DNA of 64,000 bases, taken from Verrucomicrobiota bacterium. GTDB lineage: Bacteria; Verrucomicrobiota; Verrucomicrobiia; Limisphaerales; Palsa-1400. Below are positions 1 through 10,313 of this stretch, piece after piece. The translations under genes and the position numbers were made by a program. Where the stretch lies: assembly GCA_049510745.1 (NCBI GenBank), contig JBEKYR010000028.1, forward strand, positions 1 through 64,000, written 5' to 3'. Position 1 is the stretch's first letter. The number at the start of each line of letters is the position of its first letter. The notes under the pieces were generated by a model. That model was not told the DNA's origin, made no database searches, and saw only the letters and a list, made by a program, of their open reading frames with translations.

Positions 1-177
1 CTTAAAGCGATGCTTTGTCCTAAACCCAAGGAGGCCGGAACGCCAGACGCAGCGCTGCCGCCCGGCCAAAAAATCGGATGTCTGCTCCAACCAGAAATCC
101 CGACCACCTTGCGAAATCGATGATCTCTTCGGCGCTCTTGACGGTGTCGAAGGGGTGCTGGTAGGTTCGCCATAATC

Positions 178-534
178 ATGATTATCGAAATCGCCTTCGT
201 CGGCGCGCCTGTGACCGACATGAAACGCTCCCGCGCCTTTTACGAAGGCGTCCTCGGGCTTAAACCGACAAGTGAATCCCCCGCCGGCAACTGGGTCGAA
301 TACGACATTGGAGCGGCCACATTCGGTCTCGGCGCCTATCCTGGTTGGACGCCGTCGCCGGACGGAACGGTCGTGGCCTTTGAGGTCGATGATCTCGACG
401 CCGAAATGGCGCGCCTGAAAGCGCAAGGCGTGGTCATCGCCTTTGACGTGATGGACACGCCCGGATGCCGCCTCGCCCTGGTGTGCGATCCGGATGGCAA
501 CAAAATCATGATCCACAAGCGCAAAGTTCAGTGA
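178..534 (+). CDS. VOC/glyoxalase-bleomycin resistance family protein
   Basis: 118 aa; PVTDMKRSRAFYEGVLG, VAFEVDDLDA and C-terminal DPDGNKI are typical VOC motifs. Confidence 0.88.
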   Translation: MIIEIAFVGAPVTDMKRSRAFYEGVLGLKPTSESPAGNWVEYDIGAATFGLGAYPGWTPSPDGTVVAFEVDDLDAEMARLKAQGVVIAFDVMDTPGCRLALVCDPDGNKIMIHKRKVQ

Positions 535-595
535 CGGAAACACCAACACTGACGGCTTGCAATTGACGGGCGGGTTGGCCAATTTGCAGTCCGCA

Positions 596-2035
596 ATGAT
601 CAAAGAGATTACTTTTTCGCGGCATTCGCGGCGGCAATTCATCCGATACGGCTCGCTGGCCGCCGGCGGGGCGGTCCTGACCGGCCCCTATCTGCTGCGC
701 GGCCAGAATCTTAACAGCAAACTCAACGTTGCCCACATCGGCTGCGCGGGGAAGGGGGGCAGCGATTTGGTGTGCGTTTATAGGGCCGGCGAAAATATCG
801 TGGCGTTGTGCGACACCAATGCCGCCGTGCTCGACAGCATCAAACAGCAGCTTCCCTCGGCCAATACCTACCAGGATTACCGCGAGTTGCTGGACAAGGA
901 AAAAACCATTGACGCCGTCGATATCGCCACGCCCGACCACATGCACGCCGTCATCGCGGCGGCGGCCATCAAGCTGGGCAAGCATGTTTATTGTCAGAAG
1001 CCGCTGACGCACGATGTTTTTGAGGCGCGCACGTTGCGCGATCTGGCCCGGCAATACAAGGTCGCCACGCAAATGGGCAACCAAGGGAGCGCGTCGGACA
1101 CGCTGCGGCGGGCGGTGGAGGTGGTGCAGGCGGGGTTGATCGGGCCGGTGCATCAGGCGTATGTCTGGACCAACCGGCCCATCTGGCCGCAGGGCCTGGA
1201 CCGGCCGCCGGGCGGCGATCCGGCGCCGGCGAATCTGGCTTGGAACTTGTGGCTGGGCACCGCGCCGGAGCGTCCCTTCAAGGCGACCTGGCCCGACGGG
1301 CCGCACCGGGGCATCGGCGGGCCCGGCGTGTATCAGCCGTTCAACTGGCGGGGCTGGCTGGATTTCGGCACCGGCGCGCTCGGCGACATGGCCTGCCACA
1401 CGGTGAATTGGCCGTTCCGCGCGCTGAAGTTAGGCTATCCGACGGAGATCGAAGCCAGTTCGTCGGGCATTAACTCCGAGATGTATCCGACCAATTCGCG
1501 CATTCGCTTCGAGTTTCCAGCCCGTGAAGGGATGCCGGCGGTGACGCTCTATTGGTCGGACGGCGGGAGCAAACCGCCGGCGGAAATCACCGCTGATGTC
1601 GAGGCGCTGCTGGGGGGAGTCTCCAACAGCGGGTGCCTGATGATCGGGGAAAAGGGAACGATATTCTCGCCGGACGACGGCGACCAGGAGTTGCGGGCGT
1701 TTGTCAAACTCAAGGGGGACACGGAAATGACCGGCCTCCAGAATCACGCGGCGGCCAAAGCGATTCCGCAGACACTGGCGCGGAACGCGTTTGAGGGCGC
1801 GCCCGATGAGCGCCAGCACAAGGAATGGCTCCAGGCCTGCAAGGATGGCAAACATGAGGTGCCTTACTCCAATTTCGACATCGCGGCCTATCTGACCGAA
1901 ATCATCCTGCTGGGCTGCGTGGCCTTGCGGGTGGGCAAGAAACTCGAATGGGACGGCCCCGGCATGAAGGCGAAGAACGCGCCCGAAGCCGCCGCCGTGG
2001 TCAAACGCGAGTACCGCAAAGGCTGGCAGATTTAA
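596..2035 (+). CDS. Gfo/Idh/MocA family oxidoreductase, Tat-exported
   Basis: SRRQFI twin-arginine signal; HIGCAGKG, IATPDHMH, HVYCQKPL, GALGDMACH motifs. Start placed at ATG 596 (track ORF begins 557). Confidence 0.9.
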   Translation: MIKEITFSRHSRRQFIRYGSLAAGGAVLTGPYLLRGQNLNSKLNVAHIGCAGKGGSDLVCVYRAGENIVALCDTNAAVLDSIKQQLPSANTYQDYRELLDKEKTIDAVDIATPDHMHAVIAAAAIKLGKHVYCQKPLTHDVFEARTLRDLARQYKVATQMGNQGSASDTLRRAVEVVQAGLIGPVHQAYVWTNRPIWPQGLDRPPGGDPAPANLAWNLWLGTAPERPFKATWPDGPHRGIGGPGVYQPFNWRGWLDFGTGALGDMACHTVNWPFRALKLGYPTEIEASSSGINSEMYPTNSRIRFEFPAREGMPAVTLYWSDGGSKPPAEITADVEALLGGVSNSGCLMIGEKGTIFSPDDGDQELRAFVKLKGDTEMTGLQNHAAAKAIPQTLARNAFEGAPDERQHKEWLQACKDGKHEVPYSNFDIAAYLTEIILLGCVALRVGKKLEWDGPGMKAKNAPEAAAVVKREYRKGWQI

Positions 2036-2042
2036 GAAAACT

Positions 2043-4451
2043 TCAGTCAGCCGCTATCTGCGGGGCAACGATCTCGAACGGGATGGCGGGCAGCGTGCCC
2101 AGGGCAACGCGCGGCTGATTGCCCCGCGCCTTTCCCGCGACCGGAGCGGCCCGCGGCCTTTTGGCCATGACATTGACGATCAGGTTTCCTTTCACCCCCG
2201 GTTTGATCCTGGCCGCATCGCTGTGCAGCATAATTTCCGTTTCCGCGCCCGCGGCGGAAACGCTTGCAATGGAGATGCCGTCCGGCGGCTCATTTAATTC
2301 GAGTTGGAAATTGTTGGTGAAGGCGCTGCCGGGGGTTCGCACCCGCACCCCGGCCGTGCCACCGGCGGGGATTTTTACGGAGGTTGAATCCAGGATTTTC
2401 AAGGGAAGCCTGAGCTGGGGGCGATCCACGAGACAGACCTCCAATTCCCCGGACGGCACCAGATGCCGGTAGGCGAAGGCTTGCATCATGTCTTCCGCCG
2501 GGACACCCGGACGGACGACCTCCTGATCCTGGATCCGCGCGCGTCCTTCCACGGAGAGGCTGAGGCGCCCTTTGCCGGAGAGCGCCGGAGCCGCGAGGGT
2601 CAGCCGCACCTGGTCTTGATTGGCCGGCACCGTGCCGCCACTGAGGGCGAATCCCGGCGGGGCATCCTTCAAGGCCAGTGTAATCTCGTTGGAAAACCCA
2701 TCCCTGCGCAGGACAAAGACTGTCAAGGGTACGGACAGGCCGCCGCGCACGGTGAGGCTGGAGGGCACGACGCGCAAAGCGAAGTCGGGCCGGGGCGGGC
2801 CAAGGCGCAGGCGGTAGGCATAGTCCGGGCCGCCCTGCTGCTGGGCGTCGCCCAGGTGAAGGAAATAGGAGGCGGTGGCCGGCAGGGTGACGCGGAGGTA
2901 GGAGTCCGCGTAGTGCGTTTGCAGCCCGGCGCCCTTGTCCTCGTAATCGTCATTGAAGGCCAGTTGGCGGCCGGCGGCATCGGTCAGTTTGAGGACGGAA
3001 TCCAGCGGGGAATCCAGCCGGCGCGCGATCACTTCGGCAACGAATTCGTCCCCGGCGCGGCCCTCGAAGCGGAAGACGTTCCACTGACCCGGTTGCTCAA
3101 TGCGCCCGTTGACGATGATCGGAAGAGTGACCGGTTGGGCGGTGGCCAACGAATTGTTCGGTTTCCGTGAGAAACATTCCGGCAACGCATCCACAGCAAA
3201 GGGGAGATGGTTGGAAACATACTTCCCCCGGCGCGCGGAGATTGGATAAATCCCCGGCGCGGTGTCCCTGTCATCGCGGGTCAGCGCGGCGACGGGAAGA
3301 TTCCAGCCGGTCAGCGTGACGGTGGTTTGAGCGCCCGCCGGGCCGCCGAGCGGGAAGAGGCCGGTGACAAACGGCAGTTCGCCCGCGGTGATGCGATAGA
3401 CAAAATCCTCGCGGCCACGGTAAATGGAATCCCTGATCTGGAGCACGTATTCGCCGTCCCTGGGGACTTCAAAAAAAAGAACCGGGTCGGGATGGAAACG
3501 GAAGTGGTCGGCGTAGGCCACTTCCTGTCCCTGCGCGTCGTAAAGCGAGAGGGCGGCTTGAAACCAGCCCGGAACAGCGTCGGCCAGATAGGGGATCAGT
3601 TCGCGGGCCGTGGCGGCGATGACCAGCCGCTGGCCTTTGCGCGCCTGGAAGCGGTACCGGTCCACGCCGCCGGGCATGATCTGGCCATTGACCACACACG
3701 GCAGGACGATGCGCGATTCCACGGGCGCGGCGGCTTTGCGGGCATTGCCGTTTCCCGGCTGGTTGGCGGCCAGGGGCTGGCTGGCAACGGGGGGTTCAGG
3801 CTTGTTGAATTCGGGCAGTTGTCCGACGCAAAACACCAGCGGCTGGGACAACGCCGTCGGCGCTCCCAGCCTTAGCTCCCGTTCGCCCGGCTCGGCGTCG
3901 GGAGCAATGGTTATCTTGACGGTGACAGTTTCCGCCAGCGCCGGATTGGCCGATTTCTTTTGGGACTGGGCGATTTTCTCGCGGATGTCGGCGGCCATTT
4001 TCCTGTCCTCGGCGGTCCAGACGGGGCGGGTTTGCCCTGCGGCGGGCGTGGCGCGGCCCCCGGCAGGTTGGGCGCAGTCAAGAAGGTTGTTGAGAGCAGC
4101 CGCCTGTCCCGCCGCGGCGGGCGCGGCGCGGTCCCCGGCAGCTTGGGCCGCGGCTCTTTTCTCCTGAAGTTCCTTGAGCTTCTCCCGCAGTTGGTTGAGC
4201 TCTTGCTGGGTGAGCGGCCTGACGTAATCGAGCACGACGGCTTGAACCCCGGCGCCGGAAACATAGGCGTTGGTGACGCCGCCCAGATACTGCCCGCCGA
4301 CCTTGACCTGGAACGAAGCGCCCTGCCGGCCGCCGGCGGGAAAGACGTAGCCGATATGCGGGGTGAATTGCTGCTGCGCGCGCAGGGCCGCGGCCAGCGC
4401 CAGCCAGGCCGCGAGAGTCAAGATGAAATGCGTTCGGAACAGGGTTGTCAT
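2043..4451 (-). CDS. Secreted PPC (pre-peptidase C-terminal)-domain repeat protein of the DUF1501 module
   Basis: Signal peptide; PHIGYVFPAGGRQG start, repeated NG..G..D.(Y/F)RF.....G and DP/DS.L....P..G.Y motifs; directly downstream of DUF1501 gene. Confidence 0.75.
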   Translation of the reverse strand: MTTLFRTHFILTLAAWLALAAALRAQQQFTPHIGYVFPAGGRQGASFQVKVGGQYLGGVTNAYVSGAGVQAVVLDYVRPLTQQELNQLREKLKELQEKRAAAQAAGDRAAPAAAGQAAALNNLLDCAQPAGGRATPAAGQTRPVWTAEDRKMAADIREKIAQSQKKSANPALAETVTVKITIAPDAEPGERELRLGAPTALSQPLVFCVGQLPEFNKPEPPVASQPLAANQPGNGNARKAAAPVESRIVLPCVVNGQIMPGGVDRYRFQARKGQRLVIAATARELIPYLADAVPGWFQAALSLYDAQGQEVAYADHFRFHPDPVLFFEVPRDGEYVLQIRDSIYRGREDFVYRITAGELPFVTGLFPLGGPAGAQTTVTLTGWNLPVAALTRDDRDTAPGIYPISARRGKYVSNHLPFAVDALPECFSRKPNNSLATAQPVTLPIIVNGRIEQPGQWNVFRFEGRAGDEFVAEVIARRLDSPLDSVLKLTDAAGRQLAFNDDYEDKGAGLQTHYADSYLRVTLPATASYFLHLGDAQQQGGPDYAYRLRLGPPRPDFALRVVPSSLTVRGGLSVPLTVFVLRRDGFSNEITLALKDAPPGFALSGGTVPANQDQVRLTLAAPALSGKGRLSLSVEGRARIQDQEVVRPGVPAEDMMQAFAYRHLVPSGELEVCLVDRPQLRLPLKILDSTSVKIPAGGTAGVRVRTPGSAFTNNFQLELNEPPDGISIASVSAAGAETEIMLHSDAARIKPGVKGNLIVNVMAKRPRAAPVAGKARGNQPRVALGTLPAIPFEIVAPQIAAD

Positions 4452-4473
4452 TCGCGTAATTGCCAGGAGGCTC

Positions 4474-5871
4474 TCACATGATTTCTTTCAATCGTCCGCC
4501 CCGGCTCACTGCCTCGGCGGCGGAGGGCGTAACGCGGACATCCAAACCCTGGGGATGGGGCAATTTCGCCGCCGGATCAATGCCCAGCAGCTCATACATG
4601 CTGCCCAGCAGGTCGCACGGATAGACGGGCCGCGTCTTAACCTCTTCGCCTCTGGCGTCGGAAGAGCCAACCACCTGGCCGCCCTTGAAGCCGCCGCCGG
4701 CGACCACGGCGGAAAAGACCTCGCCATGATGGCCCCGCCCCCCGTTCCACGGCGCTTCCCACATGACCTTGGGTGTTCGGCCGAACTCACCCCCCCACCA
4801 CACGATGGTCTTGTCCAACAGGCCGCGGTCCGCCAAATCCTGCAGCAGAGCGGCCATGCCCTTGTCCATTTCCGGCACGCGGCGGCGCATGGTTTGGAAA
4901 TTCTGCTTGTGCGTATCCCAGCCGCCTTTGTAGTTGATGGTGACGTAAGGAACACCGCGTTCCACCAGCCGCCGCGCCACCAGGCAGGATTGCCCGAAAG
5001 TGTTGCGGCCGTAGCGATCTCTCAACTCGTCCTTCTCCTGCGCCAGATCGAAGACCTTGCCCGCGTCGCCCAGGATGAGGTCGTAGGCCTCTTTTTCACA
5101 TTGGGCGGAGGCGGCCAGCTCGGCGTTGCCCGGCAGGACATGCGCCAGCGTGTCCAACTGGCGCAGCAACTCGCGCCGCTCCCGTTGGCGGCGCTCGGAA
5201 ATGCTCTCGCTCACCACGCCTTCGACCGCGAAGGGCGTTTTCGCGGGATCGCCCCCGGTGGCAAAGGGTTGAAAGCGCTCTCCCAGAAAGCCCGCTTCGG
5301 AAAAGCGTCCCTGCGGCTCGGTCAGCACAATGTAAGGCGGAATCAATCCGCGATAGTCCGCGTTGTAGCCCTTGAAGAGGGAAACGACGGCGCCGATGCA
5401 CGGATAGACATCGCGCCCCCCCTGGGCGCGGGCAGTTTGAACGATGTAAGAGGCCGTTTCGTGGGCGTTGACGCCGTGGGTCATGCTGCGGATGATGGAA
5501 TACTTGTCGGCCTGCCTGGCCAGCAGGGGCATGAGTTCGCAGATTCTTATTCCGTCCACATTGGTGGAGATCGGCTTGTCCAGCGGGCCGCAATAATCCG
5601 AGCCGGCTTCCGGTTTCGGATCAAAGGTGTCCAGGTGCGACGGGCCGCCCCACATCCAGATTTGGATGACCGACCTGGCTCTGGCCTGGGGCGACGGCGC
5701 CGCCGCCAGCGCGCGCAGAGTCAAGTGGTGGCCCAGCAGCAAGCCGCCCGCGCCGAGGAGGGCGCGCCGCACCGCTTCGCGCCGGGAGATCGCGGTGCCG
5801 CGCAGGCGTGAAATCACGGCGTCCGAATACGGTTGGAACGGTGCGCCCTCCGCCATTGATTGCGTTTTCAT
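4474..5871 (-). CDS. DUF1501 domain protein (Tat-exported, sulfatase/alkaline phosphatase-like fold predicted)
   Basis: SRREAVRR Tat-like signal; GGPSHLDTFDPKP, ARRLVERGV, GGWDTH, GEFGRTP, GRGHH motifs. Start at ATG 5871. Confidence 0.92.
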   Translation of the reverse strand: MKTQSMAEGAPFQPYSDAVISRLRGTAISRREAVRRALLGAGGLLLGHHLTLRALAAAPSPQARARSVIQIWMWGGPSHLDTFDPKPEAGSDYCGPLDKPISTNVDGIRICELMPLLARQADKYSIIRSMTHGVNAHETASYIVQTARAQGGRDVYPCIGAVVSLFKGYNADYRGLIPPYIVLTEPQGRFSEAGFLGERFQPFATGGDPAKTPFAVEGVVSESISERRQRERRELLRQLDTLAHVLPGNAELAASAQCEKEAYDLILGDAGKVFDLAQEKDELRDRYGRNTFGQSCLVARRLVERGVPYVTINYKGGWDTHKQNFQTMRRRVPEMDKGMAALLQDLADRGLLDKTIVWWGGEFGRTPKVMWEAPWNGGRGHHGEVFSAVVAGGGFKGGQVVGSSDARGEEVKTRPVYPCDLLGSMYELLGIDPAAKLPHPQGLDVRVTPSAAEAVSRGGRLKEIM

Positions 5872-5923
5872 GCTTTCACTTTGCCTTTCTTTTTCATTCG
5901 GCCAGGGCCGCTCCGGTTTCTGC

Positions 5924-7495
5924 TCAGTGCCGGTAAAGAAACTCCGCGCTGTTGAGCAAGGCCCAGGCCAGGTCCACGGACGCTTGACGCTTGTTGACGC
6001 CGCCGGATTGGAAATAGTTCTCCGCAATCTTCAACTCGTCCGCCGTCGGAGCGCGGGAAAGAATCCCCAGATACATCCCGACGCCGATCTCGCGCGGAGT
6101 TTTGTTGGATTGCATCGCGTATTGGATCATCCGGCTTTGCTCTATCTTGAGCAGGATGTGGCTCGAATCGAGCAGATGCAGGCGCTGGTCGGCCGTCGGG
6201 CGGTTATTGCGCTCCGATTCAAGGCCGGTATCGCGGGGCGGGCGTCCGAACATTTCCAGGAAGGAACTGCTGATGCTGCCGTCCGGCAACGAGATCGAGC
6301 GCACGTTTGCGGGAATGAAGGTGAACGGTTCCGGGATGGCGCTGGAGTAGCTCTCCGTCGTCCCGGTGATCTGGTCCAGAGCGTCAATCAAAACCTCCGC
6401 TTCCAGGCGGCGCACCGGATAGAACGCGAAGTGGGCCGCGCCGTCGGGGTTGTCCGTCGCGGGCACCGAAGAGAGCTGGTAGGTTTTCGAGTTCAAGATC
6501 AGGCGGAAGAGGTGCTTGAGGTTGTAATGGGAGGCGATCAACTCCTTTTCCAACAGCGCCAGGAGTTTGGGGTCTGACGGCGGATTGTCCGGGCGGAAGT
6601 CGTCCGGCTCCTGGATGATGCCGCGGCCCAGCAGCCAGGACCAGACGCGGTTGGCGATATTTTGGGTGAACCAGGGGTTTTCCGGATCAATCAGCCAGTT
6701 GGCGAAGACCTGGCGCGGATCGCGCTCCGGCGACAACCGGACGGGGGTTCCATCGGGAAACGCCGCCGAGCGGGCCAGGCGGTTGGTCGTCTTGGTCAAG
6801 TCGAAGAGAACAATCTCTTCCTTCCACTCAGCCGTGGGCTTGTAGCCGATTTCGGAGAAAAAGGCCGCCATGCCGGCCAATTGGCTGGCGGGCCACTTTT
6901 CCGCCCGCGTTCCCATGAACGTCAAGGCGACGGCGCGGGCGATGGCCTGCGGCTCCTTGTTTTGCAAGGCGCGGTAGAAGTTGACCGGCGGGACACGGAA
7001 ATTGCTGCCGCTGGCGGTGAGCAGTTGGCGGACGAACCGGTCGTAGGGCACGTTGTCCTTGATGCTGGCGCGAATCCAGCGGTGATAGGCCTGGGCGGCA
7101 TTGGGCCACAAATTGATCGGAAACTCCGCCTTGACCCGCAGCAGGTCGCTCCACTTCATGGCCCAGTAATCGGCGAACTCGTCCCGTTCCAGCAGGCGGT
7201 CAATCAAGGCGCCGCGTTTGTTCGGATCACGGTCCAGCACGAACGCTTCCGCCTCGGAGCCTTTCGGCAGCGTGCCGATGACGTCCAAATAAACGCGGCG
7301 GACAAAGACCGCGTCGGAGCAGACGCGGGCCGGCTGAATGTTCAACTCGTTCAACCGGGCGAAAACACATTCGTCAATGGAATTCTGAGGCGTAAGGACG
7401 GCGGCGCTTTCGTAAATCGTCGCCGACCGTTCCCCCGCCGCCATTGCGCTGAGGGCCGCCAGGACAAGGCCGCCTGAAATGAAGCGCGTTTTCAT
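5924..7495 (-). CDS. DUF1549/DUF1553 domain protein
   Basis: FVRRVYLDVIGTLP, NRVWSWLLGRGI, RRLEAEVLIDA, DLAWALLNSAEF motifs; signal peptide from ATG 7495. Confidence 0.9.
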   Translation of the reverse strand: MKTRFISGGLVLAALSAMAAGERSATIYESAAVLTPQNSIDECVFARLNELNIQPARVCSDAVFVRRVYLDVIGTLPKGSEAEAFVLDRDPNKRGALIDRLLERDEFADYWAMKWSDLLRVKAEFPINLWPNAAQAYHRWIRASIKDNVPYDRFVRQLLTASGSNFRVPPVNFYRALQNKEPQAIARAVALTFMGTRAEKWPASQLAGMAAFFSEIGYKPTAEWKEEIVLFDLTKTTNRLARSAAFPDGTPVRLSPERDPRQVFANWLIDPENPWFTQNIANRVWSWLLGRGIIQEPDDFRPDNPPSDPKLLALLEKELIASHYNLKHLFRLILNSKTYQLSSVPATDNPDGAAHFAFYPVRRLEAEVLIDALDQITGTTESYSSAIPEPFTFIPANVRSISLPDGSISSSFLEMFGRPPRDTGLESERNNRPTADQRLHLLDSSHILLKIEQSRMIQYAMQSNKTPREIGVGMYLGILSRAPTADELKIAENYFQSGGVNKRQASVDLAWALLNSAEFLYRH

Positions 7496-7739
7496 CGCAT
7501 CGCCGCGGCTGCTCGGACCGCGCCAATGGAATAGACGCCGGCGCCCGCCGCATGGATACAAAAATTTGAACTGGAGGCCGACGCGTGGAAGACCGCGCCA
7601 GCCATTTGAGAGTTCGCGCAAAAATGACCAACGCTTGAGAGGTGTAATTCTCAAAAAAATATGTTTACAAGGGAGCGAGCATGTATCAAATTCATGGAAG
7701 GAGGAGTTTTCGACAATCTGGATGATGCGACGGCTGTGA

Positions 7740-9740
7740 ATGAGAAAGCGCATTCAGCCCTTGCTGAAAACATCAGTCTGGACCAAAAGAGAGATTGCAA
7801 AATCGCCTGGAGTGCTCGTTGGTCGAATGAACGGAAAAAACAAATGTCTTGGGCGCAAATGGTGGATGGGTTGGCCGGCCTTTTTCCGGATATTATCCGG
7901 TGCGGCGGTTGGTGTTCTTATCTGGCTGATTGTGGCACTCAATATGGGGATGGACTTGGATGATTTTTCAGCCTCCGATTCGGCTCCACTTGGAATTATC
8001 ACCAAAAGTGCGGCTGTATTTGGGGGGCTGGTGGTTCTCGCGTTCCTGGTTTTTTGGGTCCGGTTCTTACTTGCATGGCTGTTCATTCGGGGTTTGGGAT
8101 TGCTCCGACGGTTATTTAGTTGGCGAATGATTCGCCGTTATCTGTATGGGCTTGCCGGCTTCGCTTTAGCGCTCGCCTTGTTTTACGCCGAAGAAGATTG
8201 GCGCGGGAAACGAGATTGGCAGCAATACAAACGCGCCGCGGAAGCCAAAGGCGAACGATTTGATTTGTCCAGCTTTGTCCCGCCCGCCGTGCCGGATGAC
8301 CAAAATTTCGCGTTCTCGCCGATTGTCTCCAATAGTTGTTTCCGCCGCATTGTTTTTAATGAGTATGGGGTTGAAGAGGCAAGCACCAACGCCGCGCCTC
8401 GTTTGGACATCAGGATCAATGCCCGCTACGACTGGAAGCCCTGGCCCACCAATGATTTTCAGGGCAACTGGCAATGTGGGAAGAAAATTGATCTGAAAGT
8501 TTTTCAAGCTTACTACCGCGCCCCAGTCAACTCGAACTGGTGGACAGACCGGTATCCAAACCGGCCCAATACAATTCCGCCCCAGCGTGCGACGAACGAA
8601 TTTCCCGTGACACCACAACCTCAGTCGCCTGTGGCCGACGTCTTGCTGGCGTTGAGCAAATACGATTCAGCCATCGAGGAGTTGCGGCAAGCCAGTCGCC
8701 GTCCGTTCTTCCGATTTCCACTCAGATACCGCCCGGAAGCAACTAATGGATTCTCCGAGCCGGACCTGTCTCCGCTCCAGGATTGCGTGGGGGTTTTGCG
8801 GTTACGTGCCGTTGCCGAATTGGAAAATGGCCGGAGCGAAAAGGCATTGCAGGATGTAAAACTCATGTTGTATCTGGCAAATCTCGCTCGTCACGAGCCG
8901 TGGCGCGAACGGTGGCGCCAACTGTGGCGCACGGCCAAGATAAACTTGGCGCTGCAACCGGTTTGGCAAGGCTTGGCCGACCACAAATGGTCGGACACCC
9001 AACTCGCTATGATCGAAGAAGAACTGGCAAAGTTCGATTTTTTGTCCGACTACCAGTATTTCGTTCGCAGCCAGCGTGCCGGGGCAATCGAGGAGCTTGA
9101 TTCCGTAGAGCGAGGGCGCTTTCATGATTTTTGGGCACAGTTTTATTTCGGTCCTGATCAGGACAACAACTCCCTGTGGGACCGGGTTTTTAACGAAGGC
9201 ACATTAATATATTTCATGCCAAGAGGCTGGTTTTATGAGAACGACGTTGCGGTGGCCCGAACGTTCCAGGAATCGCTTCGAACCGATACCGAGGTTGACC
9301 GGCGAATCATTTCCGCTGGAGTCGCACAACGTTGCGGTGAAGCGATGGCGAACAACCACCAGCATCGTTCGCCCTACAACCTCGCAGCATCAAGCTTGTG
9401 TCCTGATTTTGGGAGGGACGCGCGGAATTTCGCGTTCGCCCAATCCTCACTGGATCTGGCGCGCGTGGCCTGCGCCTTGGAGCGCCATCGTTTGGCGGAT
9501 GGGGAATATCCAGCCGCGCTGTACGTGCTGGCGCCCCGCTTCATGGGAAAACTTCCGCATGACATTATCAACGACCAGCCGTTGCATTATCGGCGCACTG
9601 ACGACGAACGATTCCTGCTCTACTCCGTGGGCTGGAATGGAGTGGATGACGGCGGGATCGTCGTTCGCAAGAAAGATCCGACGCACGCCACTCTTGACAT
9701 GGATAAAGGGGATTGGGTCTGGCCGAATCCGGAGAAGTAA
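7740..9740 (+). CDS. Membrane-anchored hypothetical protein with GspG-like C-terminal motif
   Basis: Several N-terminal TM segments; C-terminal ALERHRLADGEYP...LLYSVGWNGVDDGG...DWVW. Start uncertain (ATG 7827 possible); 5' part AT-richer. Confidence 0.7.
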   Translation: MRKRIQPLLKTSVWTKREIAKSPGVLVGRMNGKNKCLGRKWWMGWPAFFRILSGAAVGVLIWLIVALNMGMDLDDFSASDSAPLGIITKSAAVFGGLVVLAFLVFWVRFLLAWLFIRGLGLLRRLFSWRMIRRYLYGLAGFALALALFYAEEDWRGKRDWQQYKRAAEAKGERFDLSSFVPPAVPDDQNFAFSPIVSNSCFRRIVFNEYGVEEASTNAAPRLDIRINARYDWKPWPTNDFQGNWQCGKKIDLKVFQAYYRAPVNSNWWTDRYPNRPNTIPPQRATNEFPVTPQPQSPVADVLLALSKYDSAIEELRQASRRPFFRFPLRYRPEATNGFSEPDLSPLQDCVGVLRLRAVAELENGRSEKALQDVKLMLYLANLARHEPWRERWRQLWRTAKINLALQPVWQGLADHKWSDTQLAMIEEELAKFDFLSDYQYFVRSQRAGAIEELDSVERGRFHDFWAQFYFGPDQDNNSLWDRVFNEGTLIYFMPRGWFYENDVAVARTFQESLRTDTEVDRRIISAGVAQRCGEAMANNHQHRSPYNLAASSLCPDFGRDARNFAFAQSSLDLARVACALERHRLADGEYPAALYVLAPRFMGKLPHDIINDQPLHYRRTDDERFLLYSVGWNGVDDGGIVVRKKDPTHATLDMDKGDWVWPNPEK

Positions 9741-9871
9741 TCCAGCCTTAGTTTTGTTAATGGTGGACAATCGTTTCCACCGCGCGTGTCGAACGGGTCA
9801 CACTATAGTTTTGCCCCACCAGCGAGCAGCGAGCTTGAGCCGTGCTGAATGACAAATGAGCCAGAAACGGC

Positions 9872-10090
9872 TTATTTGTTTTCGAGCAGCTTTGCCTTTT
9901 GAAACTGATATTCCGAATCGGTGATGGCCCCGGCGTCTCTGGCCTTTTGCAGGTCAATCAACTGCTGGCCGATAGTGGGCTTCCGAACGTCGGTCTTCGA
10001 GCCGCCGCCCAGTTGCAGGCCGCCCACGCATCCGGTCAGGAGCAACGCGGCTGACACGAGGGCCAGGATGGGAATGGATAATCTTTTCAT
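9872..10090 (-). CDS. SHOCT-domain lipoprotein
   Basis: Lipobox LLLTGC; C-terminal LIDLQKARDAGAITDSEYQFQKAKLL is a SHOCT-type motif. Confidence 0.8.
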   Translation of the reverse strand: MKRLSIPILALVSAALLLTGCVGGLQLGGGSKTDVRKPTIGQQLIDLQKARDAGAITDSEYQFQKAKLLENK

Positions 10091-10313
10091 ACGTTTTGTT
10101 TTTATGTTTGATGTTTGCTGCGCTGAGTCTTTCCAGTGCTTCAAACTTCAATACGGGGCTGGGGACTGAATCTTGCAGCGTCCGGCGAGGAAGATTCCCG
10201 GCCAAGCAGCGGGCGGTTGACCGTTTATGCCCCAATGAAAAGCGGCAGCGCGGTTACAAAATCGGCGATGGATTGGAATGGGATTCCGGCCCGGATGGCG
10301 TCATAATCACACC

